The notes beneath the pieces are model-generated. The model made no database searches, was not told where the DNA came from, and worked only from the letters and a program-made list of their open reading frames with translations. 64,000 nt of DNA, taken from a virus. A program made the position numbers and the translations under genes. Location: positions 31,359 to 95,358 of the IMG/VR virus record IMGVR_UViG_3300036770_008729; one strand, written 5' to 3'. Below are positions 37,901 through 46,850 of the stretch, one piece after another (positions within the stretch are counted from its first letter, which is position 1; the number at the start of each line of letters is the position of its first letter).

Positions 37901-39411
37901 GCATTAGCACCAGTTCCACTAACAGTAATAGTTCTGTCTATACTTGAAACATCAGGTATTAATAATGAGGATGTATTTGAACCACTAAATGATGGATTCA
38001 TATTTGGTGAAACTCCATCTAAGTTGATTTCACTACTCTGACAAATACTAAAGTCTGTTCCGGCTTCAGCAGTTGGATAAACATTGTTTATGTTGACAGC
38101 TACATCATATACAATATTACCAGGACCAGCTCCATTTGTATTAGTACTAAATTCAAACTGCGATTCTTTAATAACATCAAACGATAAACTATTACTACCA
38201 GTTGTTGTAGGAGCAGTTACTGAAAAAGTATATGTGGTAGTTGATCCAGCAGCTAAGTTGTTAGCATCTATTTTTTGATAACTTGCTTGGTCATTCCATT
38301 TAACACCTATATTATAGTCATCTCCACCTCCATCAATCCAAGAAACAGTACCAGTATTTTTAACAGTTACAGTTATCTGACGAGTTTCTCCTGCACACCA
38401 CCAAGAGTTGCCTGTATTAGAACTTATCCAAGTTGCAAGATATGGTGTAGGTGGAGGTGTCCAAGTATAAGTTAATCCTGAGGCTGGTTTAACTGTGTTT
38501 GATAATCTTACAGTAGCACTATTAGTCCCACCTGCTGTAGTACTTGACCAACTAGTTGTAGTTGTACGATTTGCAAAATCAGCATTAGAATTTCCTCTTA
38601 ATCCAATTTCAAAACCAACTGCTGTAGTGTTTGTAGGTCCAAGTATGCTGTAGACAAAATCTATCGTATTTGTTGTCTCGTTTAATCTAATTTGAAAATC
38701 ATACAATTCACCAAAACCACCATTTGTAGTATATCTTTGAAATCCAGTCCATTGAACTACTAATGTTTGATTTGGAGCAGTTCCAATTGTTTCATAACGA
38801 ATACCAAATTTTGGATTTGAAAATCTGAAATGAAAACCAGTACCTTTTGAAGTTGCTGCGGATGATATTGTAACTGTGTTTGTTCCTATAGCAGTTACAG
38901 TTGCATTGTTTGGTATACCAGATCCTGATACCTTATCACCGATAGATATTTGACTAATATCACCACTTGTTATTGTGATTGTAGTACTACCACTTGTTCT
39001 ATTTGCTAAAAAAGAACCTCTACCAATTAAGTCTCCTCCCATAGCAGATATTACGTTGTTGGAGGTTCCCAAAGATAATGGGGACATACTGTTTATTGGT
39101 AAAGTACCTAATGAAATCCAACCATTAGTACTGATACCAAACTGAGTGTAGATTGTATTGTTATAAACAAAATTAAACCCAATTGGTAGTAACGCTGATG
39201 AGACGTTATCGTCTAAAAATCCTGCTGTAGTATTTGGTAATGTTCCAGTATATACACTGTTTGTCCAATTAGTAAAGTTGTTGTAATTGGTTCCTCCTGT
39301 AATTTCAGTATATGTTCCTGATGAGGATGAAAAGGTATAATTATTTACTTGTGATAATAAGTTGAATGAAATTAGAGTAAGAAGAAGGGTTAGTAATTTT
39401 TTCATGGTCAA
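34912..39411 (-). CDS. giant secreted multi-domain protein with T9SS C-terminal sorting domain and a proprotein-convertase P-domain
   Basis: N-terminal signal peptide MTMKKLLTLLLTLISFNLLSQ. Ser/Thr-rich Ig/PKD-like repeats. The P-domain-like block is HPFDADLDLTLIAPNGSSIDL...GVWTLRITDDYTGDIGTFNDWSITI. The C-terminus KVYPNPTQNEFVVEY...GIYLIKI is typical of Bacteroidota Por/T9SS CTDs. Confidence 0.75.
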   Translation of the reverse strand: MTMKKLLTLLLTLISFNLLSQVNNYTFSSSSGTYTEITGGTNYNNFTNWTNSVYTGTLPNTTAGFLDDNVSSALLPIGFNFVYNNTIYTQFGISTNGWISLGTLPINSMSPLSLGTSNNVISAMGGDLIGRGSFLANRTSGSTTITITSGDISQISIGDKVSGSGIPNNATVTAIGTNTVTISSAATSKGTGFHFRFSNPKFGIRYETIGTAPNQTLVVQWTGFQRYTTNGGFGELYDFQIRLNETTNTIDFVYSILGPTNTTAVGFEIGLRGNSNADFANRTTTTSWSSTTAGGTNSATVRLSNTVKPASGLTYTWTPPPTPYLATWISSNTGNSWWCAGETRQITVTVKNTGTVSWIDGGGDDYNIGVKWNDQASYQKIDANNLAAGSTTTYTFSVTAPTTTGSNSLSFDVIKESQFEFSTNTNGAGPGNIVYDVAVNINNVYPTAEAGTDFSICQSSEINLDGVSPNMNPSFSGSNTSSLLIPDVSSIDRTITVSGTGANANQITSVLLNITHPFDADLDLTLIAPNGSSIDLSSDNGSTGDNYVNTVFSTSGTAITSGTAPFTGTYTPEQPFSNLTGSADGVWTLRITDDYTGDIGTFNDWSITITLNTVAPTISWTGPSFSASTLNATIPSALVGLNSYTLTSTYRSCSVSDVINITGIPTLQIVSQPSTISSVCFNDPIDLTVVATGSQVQYQWYKNSIVIDPSINPSAETPSLLIDNTTNADAGNYSLTITSECGSSNIPVSVTIKAIPLTDASTNNSSVCQNSTISLIGSSDIGNTFSWVGPNNYTSSQQSPTINNATYNNEGTYTLTSTLDGCSSSSSVDIQINPTPSALSVTPSITTACSNSITTLTATGGSATFSRQLGVNTTLTGQSGITPYTSSYEGSRVQYLIRSSELLALGLVAGDINSLALKVLSQGTGYQNNFTIKIAHTINDNLSYGYITESGSLLSVTVGPFVTVYTTGQEQAPTVGWKVYSFNQSFTWNPLYNIVIEICHDNDVNNSCSNCTGTNSAVEFSQTSFNSVYGGYDNDFSVCEPLNEANNLISSKYRPNMKFGIYAPTMVTWSPLTGLYINPTATQSYTGDIRNTVYAKNTSTMTYTASTGNCISSASSTITINSLPGIPGPISGPTSTCATTTSYSISPMYDATIGYSWTVPNGITLNNGQGTNTIQVTITSSFVSGNITVASINSCGTGSPSTLTVTSSGTNAPATPTRITGTTNVCSAYTNVDQTSSNVLYSSSTVSGATSYFWTAPSNATIVQGQGTRNVLVQFSPQFTGGTIQVQAQNACGVRSTARTLSISKTPPVPGAISGPTCGNIGATSTYSIVAVNGATSYQWMLPNGTTGSSISRIIDVTFSSGFNGGTLSVRSVTNCGTSTWRTLVIQAGCITQRQANPNNDSLIVKTSQIKLDEVDAKVYPNPTQNEFVVEYITKNQTQLMIEVYDISGKLISQKKQSVSQGITKIKQDLGESKTGIYLIKIIDLEYIKVINKIVNKIN

Positions 39412-39780
39412 TAATTACTTTTAGTATATATTCAATAAATGTAAAAATTGATGAATGAAAAAGAAAGAATCGAAATTTATACAAATTGTCTACAGAATTT
39501 CTACAAATAATTTTACTCCGATATTTGTTATTATCATCCTGGTAGATTTATCACTCTGGATAAATTAAGAAGTGATAAGTTAAATATGTTGGGGATTTAA
39601 TTTGGTCTCCAATAGATTTTTCACTATTTTTGTATTATGACTCTAAATGAATTAGAAAAAATAGCAGACTTTTATATGATGGATTTAGAATCTATCATTG
39701 ATGATATTGATGGTGCAGTAGGCTTTTGAGGAAAAACCTAAATCAGAAATAAGAAATGATAAATTAGAAGAATTGGGAAT

Positions 39781-40062
39781 ATGATGACAATAGACGAATT
39801 AAAATCTTTAAGAAAAGGAGAATTGGTTGTTTTCACTAAGATAGATGAAAAGATTACTGAATATCATAATCACCAAGTAGGTGATGAAATGATTTTTATA
39901 GAAATTGAAGACGCATATAAGATTGGATCAAGTGGTAGAGATGTTGTTAATTTTCTAAGAAACTCATACACAATCTCACACTTCTCTTATGAGATATGCC
40001 ATTATATAGAAAGAAAATCTAAACTAGAAAGAGATAGAAAAATAAAAGACTTAGGACTATGA
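39781..40062 (+). CDS. hypothetical protein
   Basis: 93-aa ORF. First of three coupled small genes. Confidence 0.3.
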   Translation: MMTIDELKSLRKGELVVFTKIDEKITEYHNHQVGDEMIFIEIEDAYKIGSSGRDVVNFLRNSYTISHFSYEICHYIERKSKLERDRKIKDLGL

Positions 40063-40460
40063 AATTTTACTATGATAATAATATAGGATATGAATGCTCC
40101 TGGAAAAATAATCTGAAAGGTGGTTATAATTCTTGGTCCAATATGGAATTTGCTAAAATTAAAGTAAGAATACCTATTAGTCTATACAGAAAGATTCTAT
40201 TTGACTTAAAAGAATATGATGGTGACGATCCTACTTTAGAATTTAAGATTTATAAATTTAAAAATGAGGAAGTAGATTGGGGAACTTATTCAACAAACGA
40301 TGCTGAACTTTGGAAATACATTGCTATCATAGAAAGAATATCTTATTCATCGGAATTTAATGATAATACTGTTATGGCTCAAATTGAATGTTTAATTCAA
40401 TATAATGATAAGTGTAATAAGTCAGAGTTAAGAGATGTGATTTTAAGTGAGTTGATATGA
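40059..40460 (+). CDS. hypothetical protein
   Basis: ORF with ATGA overlap. Confidence 0.3.
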   Translation: MKFYYDNNIGYECSWKNNLKGGYNSWSNMEFAKIKVRIPISLYRKILFDLKEYDGDDPTLEFKIYKFKNEEVDWGTYSTNDAELWKYIAIIERISYSSEFNDNTVMAQIECLIQYNDKCNKSELRDVILSELI

Positions 40461-40681
40461 ATTTACCAGATAGTATTCCACATAGTATAGATTGTCCTTG
40501 TGGACAAATTGCTAATTTAGAATGGCAGTATCCAAGTGCTCTTCATAAATATCTATCTTATTATTGTAAGGATTGTAAAAATTCATTCACAACAACTTCA
40601 TCTGATGAGGTATCAATGTGTATTTTCAATTCTAAGAAAAGAAGTCTTAAACGAAAAAATAAAATTAAAAAAATTATATGA
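40457..40681 (+). CDS. small zinc-ribbon protein
   Basis: CPCGQ...CKDCK gives two CxxC pairs. Basic tail. Confidence 0.3.
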   Translation: MNLPDSIPHSIDCPCGQIANLEWQYPSALHKYLSYYCKDCKNSFTTTSSDEVSMCIFNSKKRSLKRKNKIKKII

Positions 40682-40693
40682 TGCTTTTAAAAG

Positions 40694-40727
40694 CGAAAAA
40701 CAGGAGTAGCGAATTCCTGTTTTTCTA
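40694..40727 (+). terminator. rho-independent terminator
   Basis: gAAAAACAGGagtagcgaattCCTGTTTTTc is a 9-bp stem ending in a T-run, directly after the 40681 stop. Confidence 0.5.
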
Positions 40728-40863
40728 TAGCCATAGCCATACCGGTCCCAAAAGGGGCATACTAGCCCACCGGTTAAAATTATATATTAAAAATTAAACT
40801 TCCGTAAAAATAAAAAGTAAAAAGAAAAGAAAGGCAAATAAATGTTTAACTTAAAACCAAACA

Positions 40864-41175
40864 ATGGTGAAGAACGAAATCAAAATTGAGTTGTCAAACT
40901 CAGAAACCTTAAAATCAATTTTTGAAAAAGCTTACTTTGAAGAAGGAATTCAGGGTAAAATTATTGGAAAAAATAACTACATTACAATCATACCAGAAGA
41001 TGATATTAATTGGACTATTTTTAAAGGTCTAAATAATGTTACTGTTAAAATTACAAACGAAATCATCGATGGTGCTGCTCGATTCTTAATCGATGATACA
41101 CATGATACTGAAATAAGATTATATCCTATTTCTATCTATTGTATCAAAGAAGAAGATAGATATATCTTTTATTAA
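40864..41175 (+). CDS. hypothetical protein
   Basis: 103-aa ORF. Confidence 0.3.
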   Translation: MVKNEIKIELSNSETLKSIFEKAYFEEGIQGKIIGKNNYITIIPEDDINWTIFKGLNNVTVKITNEIIDGAARFLIDDTHDTEIRLYPISIYCIKEEDRYIFY

Positions 41176-41190
41176 AAACAAAATTACCCT

Positions 41191-42267
41191 ATGATAAACT
41201 TTGACTTTAATGATATACTGATTACACCTGCTGTTACCTCAACAATCAGAAGTAGAAAAGAAATAAATCCCTACTATCAAACAGAGAGTAATTGGCTTCC
41301 TATTATAGTATCACCAATGGATACTGTAATTGGTCTTGATAATTGGAAATTATTTCTAGACCAAAAAATGCCAATCTGTTTTCCACGAGGTATCAGACCA
41401 GAAAATATCAAAGAAGAAGACCAACAATTACTCAACATTTTTGGTAGTTCTATTTTCTTTTCATATTCATTAGATGAAACGGCTGATTTAGTTAGATTGT
41501 TAAATGAAAATCCTAAATTAGACCTTTACCACAATATCTTAATTGATATTGCTAATGGTCACATGCAACACATGGTAGATGTTGTTAGAGATCTTAAGAA
41601 AAGAACAAAAGTCAAAGTTATGGTTGGTAACATCGCCAATCCTCTTACCTATCAAACTTTATCTGAAGCGGGTGCTGATTATGTTAGAGTTGGTATTGGA
41701 TTTGGTGGTGGTTGCCTCACTGCTATGAATACTGGTATTGGTTATTCAATGGCATCACTTATTGATAAATGTGACCAAGTAAAAAAGAACTTAAAAGGTA
41801 AAGGTAAAAGTTATGCGGCTATTGTAGGTGATGGTGGTTTTAGAGAATACTCAGATATCATCAAAGCTTTAGCTTTAGGAGCTGATTATGTTATGTTAGG
41901 ATCAATGTTGAATAAATGTTTAGAATCCAGTGGTCAGACATATTTAAATTGTAAATTTTTTAGAATACCAGTATTTGGAGAAGTTGCAAAATATCTTTAC
42001 AAAAGAAAATTCAAATTGGAAAAGAAGTTCAGAGGTATGTCTACAAAAGAAGTTCAGAAGAAGTGGGGTAAAGAAAAACTTACCACTTCGGAAGGTGTTG
42101 TTAGATTAAGAACTGTGAAATATACTCTTTCTGGATGGAGAGAAAATTTTGAAGATTATTTGAAATCTTCAATGTCTTATACCAATTCAAGAGACTTAAA
42201 AAGTTTCGTTGGTGAGGTTGAATGGACTTTAATATCTCAGAATGCATTTTTGAGATTTAATAAATAA
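41191..42267 (+). CDS. GMP reductase/IMP dehydrogenase-family enzyme (GuaC-like)
   Basis: 358 aa. VRVGIGFGGGCLTAMNTGIGY resembles the GuaC/IMPDH active-site loop V(K)VGIGPGS(I/V)CTTR. Also VMVGNIANP. TIM-barrel size is consistent with GMP reductase. Confidence 0.55.
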   Translation: MINFDFNDILITPAVTSTIRSRKEINPYYQTESNWLPIIVSPMDTVIGLDNWKLFLDQKMPICFPRGIRPENIKEEDQQLLNIFGSSIFFSYSLDETADLVRLLNENPKLDLYHNILIDIANGHMQHMVDVVRDLKKRTKVKVMVGNIANPLTYQTLSEAGADYVRVGIGFGGGCLTAMNTGIGYSMASLIDKCDQVKKNLKGKGKSYAAIVGDGGFREYSDIIKALALGADYVMLGSMLNKCLESSGQTYLNCKFFRIPVFGEVAKYLYKRKFKLEKKFRGMSTKEVQKKWGKEKLTTSEGVVRLRTVKYTLSGWRENFEDYLKSSMSYTNSRDLKSFVGEVEWTLISQNAFLRFNK

Positions 42268-42316
42268 ACTTAGTATGAATTTATTCATATAAAAAAAGTA
42301 AAAAACAAAAAAACAA

Positions 42317-42508
42317 ATGAAAAAAGGAACAGTAAAATTCTTTAACGAAACTAAAGGTTTTGGTTTTATTAAAGAAGAAAACGGGCAGGACATTTTTGTT
42401 CATGTGACCGGATTAAAAGATGAAATTCGTGAAAATGATGAAGTTGTCTTTGATGTAGAAGAAGGTAAAAAAGGATTAAACGCTATCAATGTAGCTTTAG
42501 CTAACTAA
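42317..42508 (+). CDS. cold-shock protein (CspA family)
   Basis: GTVKFFNETKGFGFI RNP1 motif and DIFVHV RNP2 motif. 63 aa. Confidence 0.85.
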   Translation: MKKGTVKFFNETKGFGFIKEENGQDIFVHVTGLKDEIRENDEVVFDVEEGKKGLNAINVALAN

Positions 42509-42525
42509 ATATATTCTTGTTACAA

Positions 42526-42558
42526 AAAGAAAAACCCACCAATTGGTGGGTTTTTTAT
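42526..42558. terminator. bidirectional rho-independent terminator
   Basis: aaaaaCCCACCAATTGGTGGGttttttatt is a perfect 16-nt palindrome between A and T runs, sitting between convergent genes. Confidence 0.65.
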
Positions 42559-42574
42559 TTATCGTGAGTATAGG

Positions 42575-43378
42575 TCACTTTTTCACCATAAAGAAGAACG
42601 AACTTGTTGATTGGCCTTTAATTTCTTCCTCCACTTCTTTAACTTCTTCTTTACCTTGCGTAACAAGATCTGCGGCCTGTATTTTCACGCCACCTGGTAA
42701 GGTAAAGTCGTACCTTCCTACCATATTTCCTAAACTTATCTTAGAATAACCTACAACATATTTAAAGAAAAGATCATCTCTAAATAGATTTTCACGTGGT
42801 ATATTAGCATAAGCCTCCATAACTACATCGTATTCAACTTTGGTCAATATATGTATTCTATGATTTAGTTGATTAAATTGATATTTAAGTGTATATTTAT
42901 TCAACTGATTCATCATATCAGACATATTATCTAATAAGGTTTTATAAACACCTAACTCACCTATGGTTGTAACATAAGAAGAAAGATAAGGTTGATTAGT
43001 AACACCTAAGTTTACTGATAAATTTGGAGTATTAATACCTAATTGAAATAAGTTAATATTTCTAACTTCATAAAGATAAACTACTGACTGAATTTCACAC
43101 GGAACATTTACATAATTCCACTTTGTAAACTCTTCAGAATAAAATGCTTCTTTTTTGATTAAAAAATACATTTTCTGAACTGCATATTGATACCATCTAT
43201 AAAAATAAGGAAGTGCTCTTGTTTCAACAATTTGTCTGATTGTAGCATCTGGTAGAGTTCTTGGTAGAGAGCAATTGACGGTTAACTCATTTTGAATAAA
43301 ATCAATTAACTCTTCGATTGTGTAACCACCTTGATAAGGAACATAATCGGCATTACCATAACCATTATAATCAGCCAT
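42575..43378 (-). CDS. hypothetical protein
   Basis: 267-aa ORF. N-terminus MADYNGYGNADYVPYQGGYTIEEL. Confidence 0.35.
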   Translation of the reverse strand: MADYNGYGNADYVPYQGGYTIEELIDFIQNELTVNCSLPRTLPDATIRQIVETRALPYFYRWYQYAVQKMYFLIKKEAFYSEEFTKWNYVNVPCEIQSVVYLYEVRNINLFQLGINTPNLSVNLGVTNQPYLSSYVTTIGELGVYKTLLDNMSDMMNQLNKYTLKYQFNQLNHRIHILTKVEYDVVMEAYANIPRENLFRDDLFFKYVVGYSKISLGNMVGRYDFTLPGGVKIQAADLVTQGKEEVKEVEEEIKGQSTSSFFFMVKK

Positions 43379-43423
43379 AAAAATATTTATATTTTAGGTA
43401 TATATTAAAAAACTTTTAGACAA

Positions 43424-43756
43424 TTATCTTAAAAGCCAATCACCACATTTAATTTGTTTGTAGTTTGATACATCGTCTTTCCACTCGTATATCCAACATT
43501 CGATGTCATTTGATGTAATTATCTTAGTTCTGATATATTCTGGTCCTTCAAAATCATCTAATTCTGGGAATATTTCTGGATTAACTAAATAAACATCACC
43601 CCATACTTTACCATTACCTTTTCTGATAAAACCGGGATAAAAATCATTTACTTGATACATTGAACCAGTGATATAAGTTTTACCGCAAAACTTGGCATCT
43701 TTAAGAAGAGTTTTTCCGATATCTCTAAATACTCCGTAAACGAATAAATGTTCCAT
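43424..43756 (-). CDS. gamma-glutamyl cyclotransferase-like (AIG2/GGCT fold) protein
   Basis: N-terminus MEHLFVYGVFRD matches the GGCT/AIG2 YGxL(R) start. 110 aa. Confidence 0.45.
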   Translation of the reverse strand: MEHLFVYGVFRDIGKTLLKDAKFCGKTYITGSMYQVNDFYPGFIRKGNGKVWGDVYLVNPEIFPELDDFEGPEYIRTKIITSNDIECWIYEWKDDVSNYKQIKCGDWLLR

Positions 43757-43767
43757 ATAGTATATAT

Positions 43768-44460
43768 TTATTTTATATATGAGCTATCTATTTCAAATCC
43801 TATAAAATTTCGATTTAATTCTTTTGCTTTGCTTGCTGTGGTTCCACTTCCCATAAATGGATCTAAAACTAAATCATCTTCTTCAGTTGTTAATTTGATA
43901 CAAAGTTCTGGTATAAGTGGATGAAAAGGTGCGGGATGACCGGATTGTTTGATTGGTGGAATATCCCAAACTTCACTCTTGAATTCTTTAGGTAGATTAT
44001 CTTTGAATACTTTAGGCTTTTCTTTTACTAGCCAGAAGATATATTCGGTGGTTGGTGTCAATATATCTTTTCTGATATTTGGTGAGTTTTTTCTATTCCA
44101 AATTATTATTTGATATAGTTTGAAATTGGTATCTCTAACTAGTTCATATGGATTGTAAGCGATATTTTTGTTTCTTCTAACTTTATGATTGTAGAACATT
44201 GAACCATCTGGCTTTAGTATTCTATGACATTCGTTTAAAATTTCTTTTTGCCAATTAGTATAATCTTCCTCATTCATATCATCACCATAAGTTGAGTAAT
44301 CGATATTAAATTTAGACCAGATTTGATTTCCTATTTTCTTTTTACCACTTAGTCCTTTTTTGTTATAAGGTGGTGATGTGATGATAGTATTAATTGAATT
44401 ATCTGAAATATTTTTCATTCCAGATAAACAATCTAAATTATGAATTTTATTAATTTCCAA
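43768..44460 (-). CDS. DNA methyltransferase (beta-class, SPPY)
   Basis: TIITSPPYNKK catalytic motif and LDPFMGSGTT SAM motif. Confidence 0.7.
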   Translation of the reverse strand: MEINKIHNLDCLSGMKNISDNSINTIITSPPYNKKGLSGKKKIGNQIWSKFNIDYSTYGDDMNEEDYTNWQKEILNECHRILKPDGSMFYNHKVRRNKNIAYNPYELVRDTNFKLYQIIIWNRKNSPNIRKDILTPTTEYIFWLVKEKPKVFKDNLPKEFKSEVWDIPPIKQSGHPAPFHPLIPELCIKLTTEEDDLVLDPFMGSGTTASKAKELNRNFIGFEIDSSYIK

Positions 44461-45537
44461 TTAAGCATTAAAGTTTTTAGAATTTTTCAATTTCTCTAAA
44501 ATTGATTTTTCTTCTAAATTAATACTTTTAGGTATAGAAATTGAAATCTTTACAAATAAGTCACCAAGTCCTAAATTGATATCGGGAACTCCTTTACCTG
44601 TTAGTCTTATTACTTTGCCGTGATGTGTTCCTGGTTCTATTGTTATTGAAACTTCTCCATGTGGAGTTTTAACTTTTAGGTTTGCTCCAATGATGGCATC
44701 AATAACTGAGATATTCTTTTCAACAATTATATTATTCTGTTCTCTGGTAAAATAAAATTCTCTAATTTCTTCAACTACAATTTGTAAATTACCTGGAACA
44801 CCATCTTTTATATGATTTCCATACCCGGTCATATTAAGTTGCATTCCATTAGAAACTCCAATTGGAATTTCTACTTCTATTGTTTCTTCTCTTAATTGTG
44901 TACCGTCACCATAACATTGACCACATTTATTTTTGACTTGTTTGCCGGCACCGCCACAATCAGGACAAGTTGTAGTTTGTCTTATTTGACCAAATGGTGT
45001 ATTTTGAACAACTGTTCTATTTCCCGATCCACCACAAGGTAAACAATCTCTAGTATCAGTTCCACCCTTTCCATTACAAGAGTTACAACTGTATTGTCTT
45101 TTATATTTTAATTTCTTCTTACAACCTTTAATAATTTCATCAATTGTAAGTGAGACTTTTATTCTTAAATCGGCACCTCTTGCTTGAGGTCTTTGTTGAT
45201 AGTTTCTATTCCTATTTCCGAAACCACCACCGAATATGTCTCCAAATTGACTGAAGATATCATCCATGTTAAATCCATGTCCTTGTCCGCCAAATGGATT
45301 ACCTCCTCCAAATGGATTACCATCAGCTGTTCCAAATCTGTCATAATTAGCTCTTTTTTGAGAGTCTGACAAAACATCATATGCTTCGGCTGCTTCTTTA
45401 AATTTAGATTCTGCATCAGGATTTCCTGGATTTCGGTCAGGATGGTATTGCATAGCCATCTTACGGTAGGCTTTCTTTATTTCATCTTCTGATGAACCTT
45501 TGTTAACTCCTAATATATTGTAGTAATCTTTACTCAT
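44461..45537 (-). CDS. dnaJ: DnaJ (Hsp40) co-chaperone
   Basis: J-domain DYYNILGV...YHPDRN. G/F-rich linker. Four CxxCxGxG zinc-finger repeats. C-terminal domain. Confidence 0.85.
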   Translation of the reverse strand: MSKDYYNILGVNKGSSEDEIKKAYRKMAMQYHPDRNPGNPDAESKFKEAAEAYDVLSDSQKRANYDRFGTADGNPFGGGNPFGGQGHGFNMDDIFSQFGDIFGGGFGNRNRNYQQRPQARGADLRIKVSLTIDEIIKGCKKKLKYKRQYSCNSCNGKGGTDTRDCLPCGGSGNRTVVQNTPFGQIRQTTTCPDCGGAGKQVKNKCGQCYGDGTQLREETIEVEIPIGVSNGMQLNMTGYGNHIKDGVPGNLQIVVEEIREFYFTREQNNIIVEKNISVIDAIIGANLKVKTPHGEVSITIEPGTHHGKVIRLTGKGVPDINLGLGDLFVKISISIPKSINLEEKSILEKLKNSKNFNA

Positions 45538-45559
45538 AATCTTTTTATTATATCAAATT

Positions 45560-45874
45560 TTATGCCAATATTTTATTTAATTTTGACTCTCTATATATTT
45601 GTTTGACTGTATCTGTGAGTTTGATAAAAACCCATTTATTATATCTAATCTTAAAATCATCATTCATTACTAATGCCTGCATAATAGGAAGTTCATCTAC
45701 TAGTTCTTTGAATATTTTATTTGCATCTTCTAACTTCCATTCAGCCATCTCACTCAATCTTTTGCAAAAATGATTCATAAATGGAGTTGCTGTATCAATT
45801 ACAGTTTTAAGATATTTATCATTTCTATAGGTATCTGGTGCCCATTCACTTATTTCAACATACCAGGTAATCAC
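45560..45874 (-). CDS. hypothetical protein
   Basis: 104-aa ORF. Confidence 0.3.
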   Translation of the reverse strand: MITWYVEISEWAPDTYRNDKYLKTVIDTATPFMNHFCKRLSEMAEWKLEDANKIFKELVDELPIMQALVMNDDFKIRYNKWVFIKLTDTVKQIYRESKLNKILA

Positions 45875-46374
45875 TTTACTATCTTAGTAATTTTTTTATC
45901 TCTTATTTCTTCCAATATATTTTGAGATTCTATACATTTTCTAATTGATTTAGCAACATAGTTATCTACAATTAGTGTTAGAGTTTCAAGAGTTCTATCT
46001 AACTCATCGAAATGAAATAATGATGTTTTAACCTTTGGTATCATAATCAATAGGTAATCTATGAATTCATCAATATCAAAAGATAATCGATATAATTCTT
46101 TTTGATAATCTGTTAATATCTCTGGAGTTTCAATGAAAAACTTTGCCCAAACTCTTCTAATAGAAGGTAAAATTAAATCTAAAAAATCATCATCACTTTC
46201 ATAGAATGAACCCTGGAATATATCATCTTCGAATAGATGCAGTTTCTTATCTAAGACATAGTTTAATATATTCTTTAGTGATTCGGAGTTTCTTACACCT
46301 GAACAAACTGAATCTATAACAATTAATCTATATTGTTCATCATCTCTGATGGCGAAGATGTTAGCGTGTTTCAT
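45871..46374 (-). CDS. hypothetical protein
   Basis: 167-aa ORF with ATGA coupling. Confidence 0.3.
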   Translation of the reverse strand: MKHANIFAIRDDEQYRLIVIDSVCSGVRNSESLKNILNYVLDKKLHLFEDDIFQGSFYESDDDFLDLILPSIRRVWAKFFIETPEILTDYQKELYRLSFDIDEFIDYLLIMIPKVKTSLFHFDELDRTLETLTLIVDNYVAKSIRKCIESQNILEEIRDKKITKIVK

Positions 46375-46847
46375 TTACCTAAAATGATTTTCGGATATCT
46401 AAATGGTTTTCCATTTAATGAATAACCTTTACCTACTACATCAATGATTTTAGATTCACCAACTTCCATAACAGAAATTACTTCATGTAAATCCTCATCA
46501 TATGTTTCTGTTTGAATTTCTTCAATACCTTGACTTTTTAAGAAACTTTGTAGTTTTGTAGATATAAGGTCTAGACCTTTTTTTGCTTCATCATTTTTAA
46601 CTGACTTTATTGCGAAAGTTAAATCGTTATCCATATCTAAAAGTGAAGTAAGCATTTTAACTTTTGTATTAGATACAAGTTCTTCTTTTTCTTTAACAAC
46701 TCTTCTTTTATAATTGTCAAAATCAGCATAAAGAAGAAGATATTTTTTCTCAGATTCGGATAATTTTTGTTCTAATTCTTTATGTTTTTCTAATAATTCA
46801 TCAAAAGGAGTTACGACTTTCTCCGTGTTTTCAGTATTTTCTTCCAT
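46371..46847 (-). CDS. grpE: GrpE-like nucleotide exchange factor
   Basis: LYADFDNYKRRVVKE matches GrpE LRxxAEFxNYRKR. C-terminal NGKPFRYPKIILGK matches the GrpE beta-sheet tail G.vLRPA.V.V. It is short at 158 aa. Confidence 0.7.
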   Translation of the reverse strand: MEENTENTEKVVTPFDELLEKHKELEQKLSESEKKYLLLYADFDNYKRRVVKEKEELVSNTKVKMLTSLLDMDNDLTFAIKSVKNDEAKKGLDLISTKLQSFLKSQGIEEIQTETYDEDLHEVISVMEVGESKIIDVVGKGYSLNGKPFRYPKIILGK

Positions 46848-46850
46848 AAA

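Noticed and set aside
39412-39780. 370-bp divergent intergenic region searched for repeats, attachment sites or origin-like elements
   Set aside because: It has only short imperfect inverted repeats (tcactct/agagtga-like) and AT-rich sequence. Nothing goes beyond what divergent promoters for the T9SS-cargo gene and the 39781 operon would require.
40728-40800. Possible tRNA or small RNA in the 180-bp gap after the zinc-ribbon gene (ccggtcccaaaaggggcatactagcccaccgg region)
   Set aside because: It forms nested hairpins but I could not fold a 7-bp acceptor stem or a D/anticodon/T cloverleaf. Manual folding is error-prone, so this is better left to tRNAscan-SE or Infernal.
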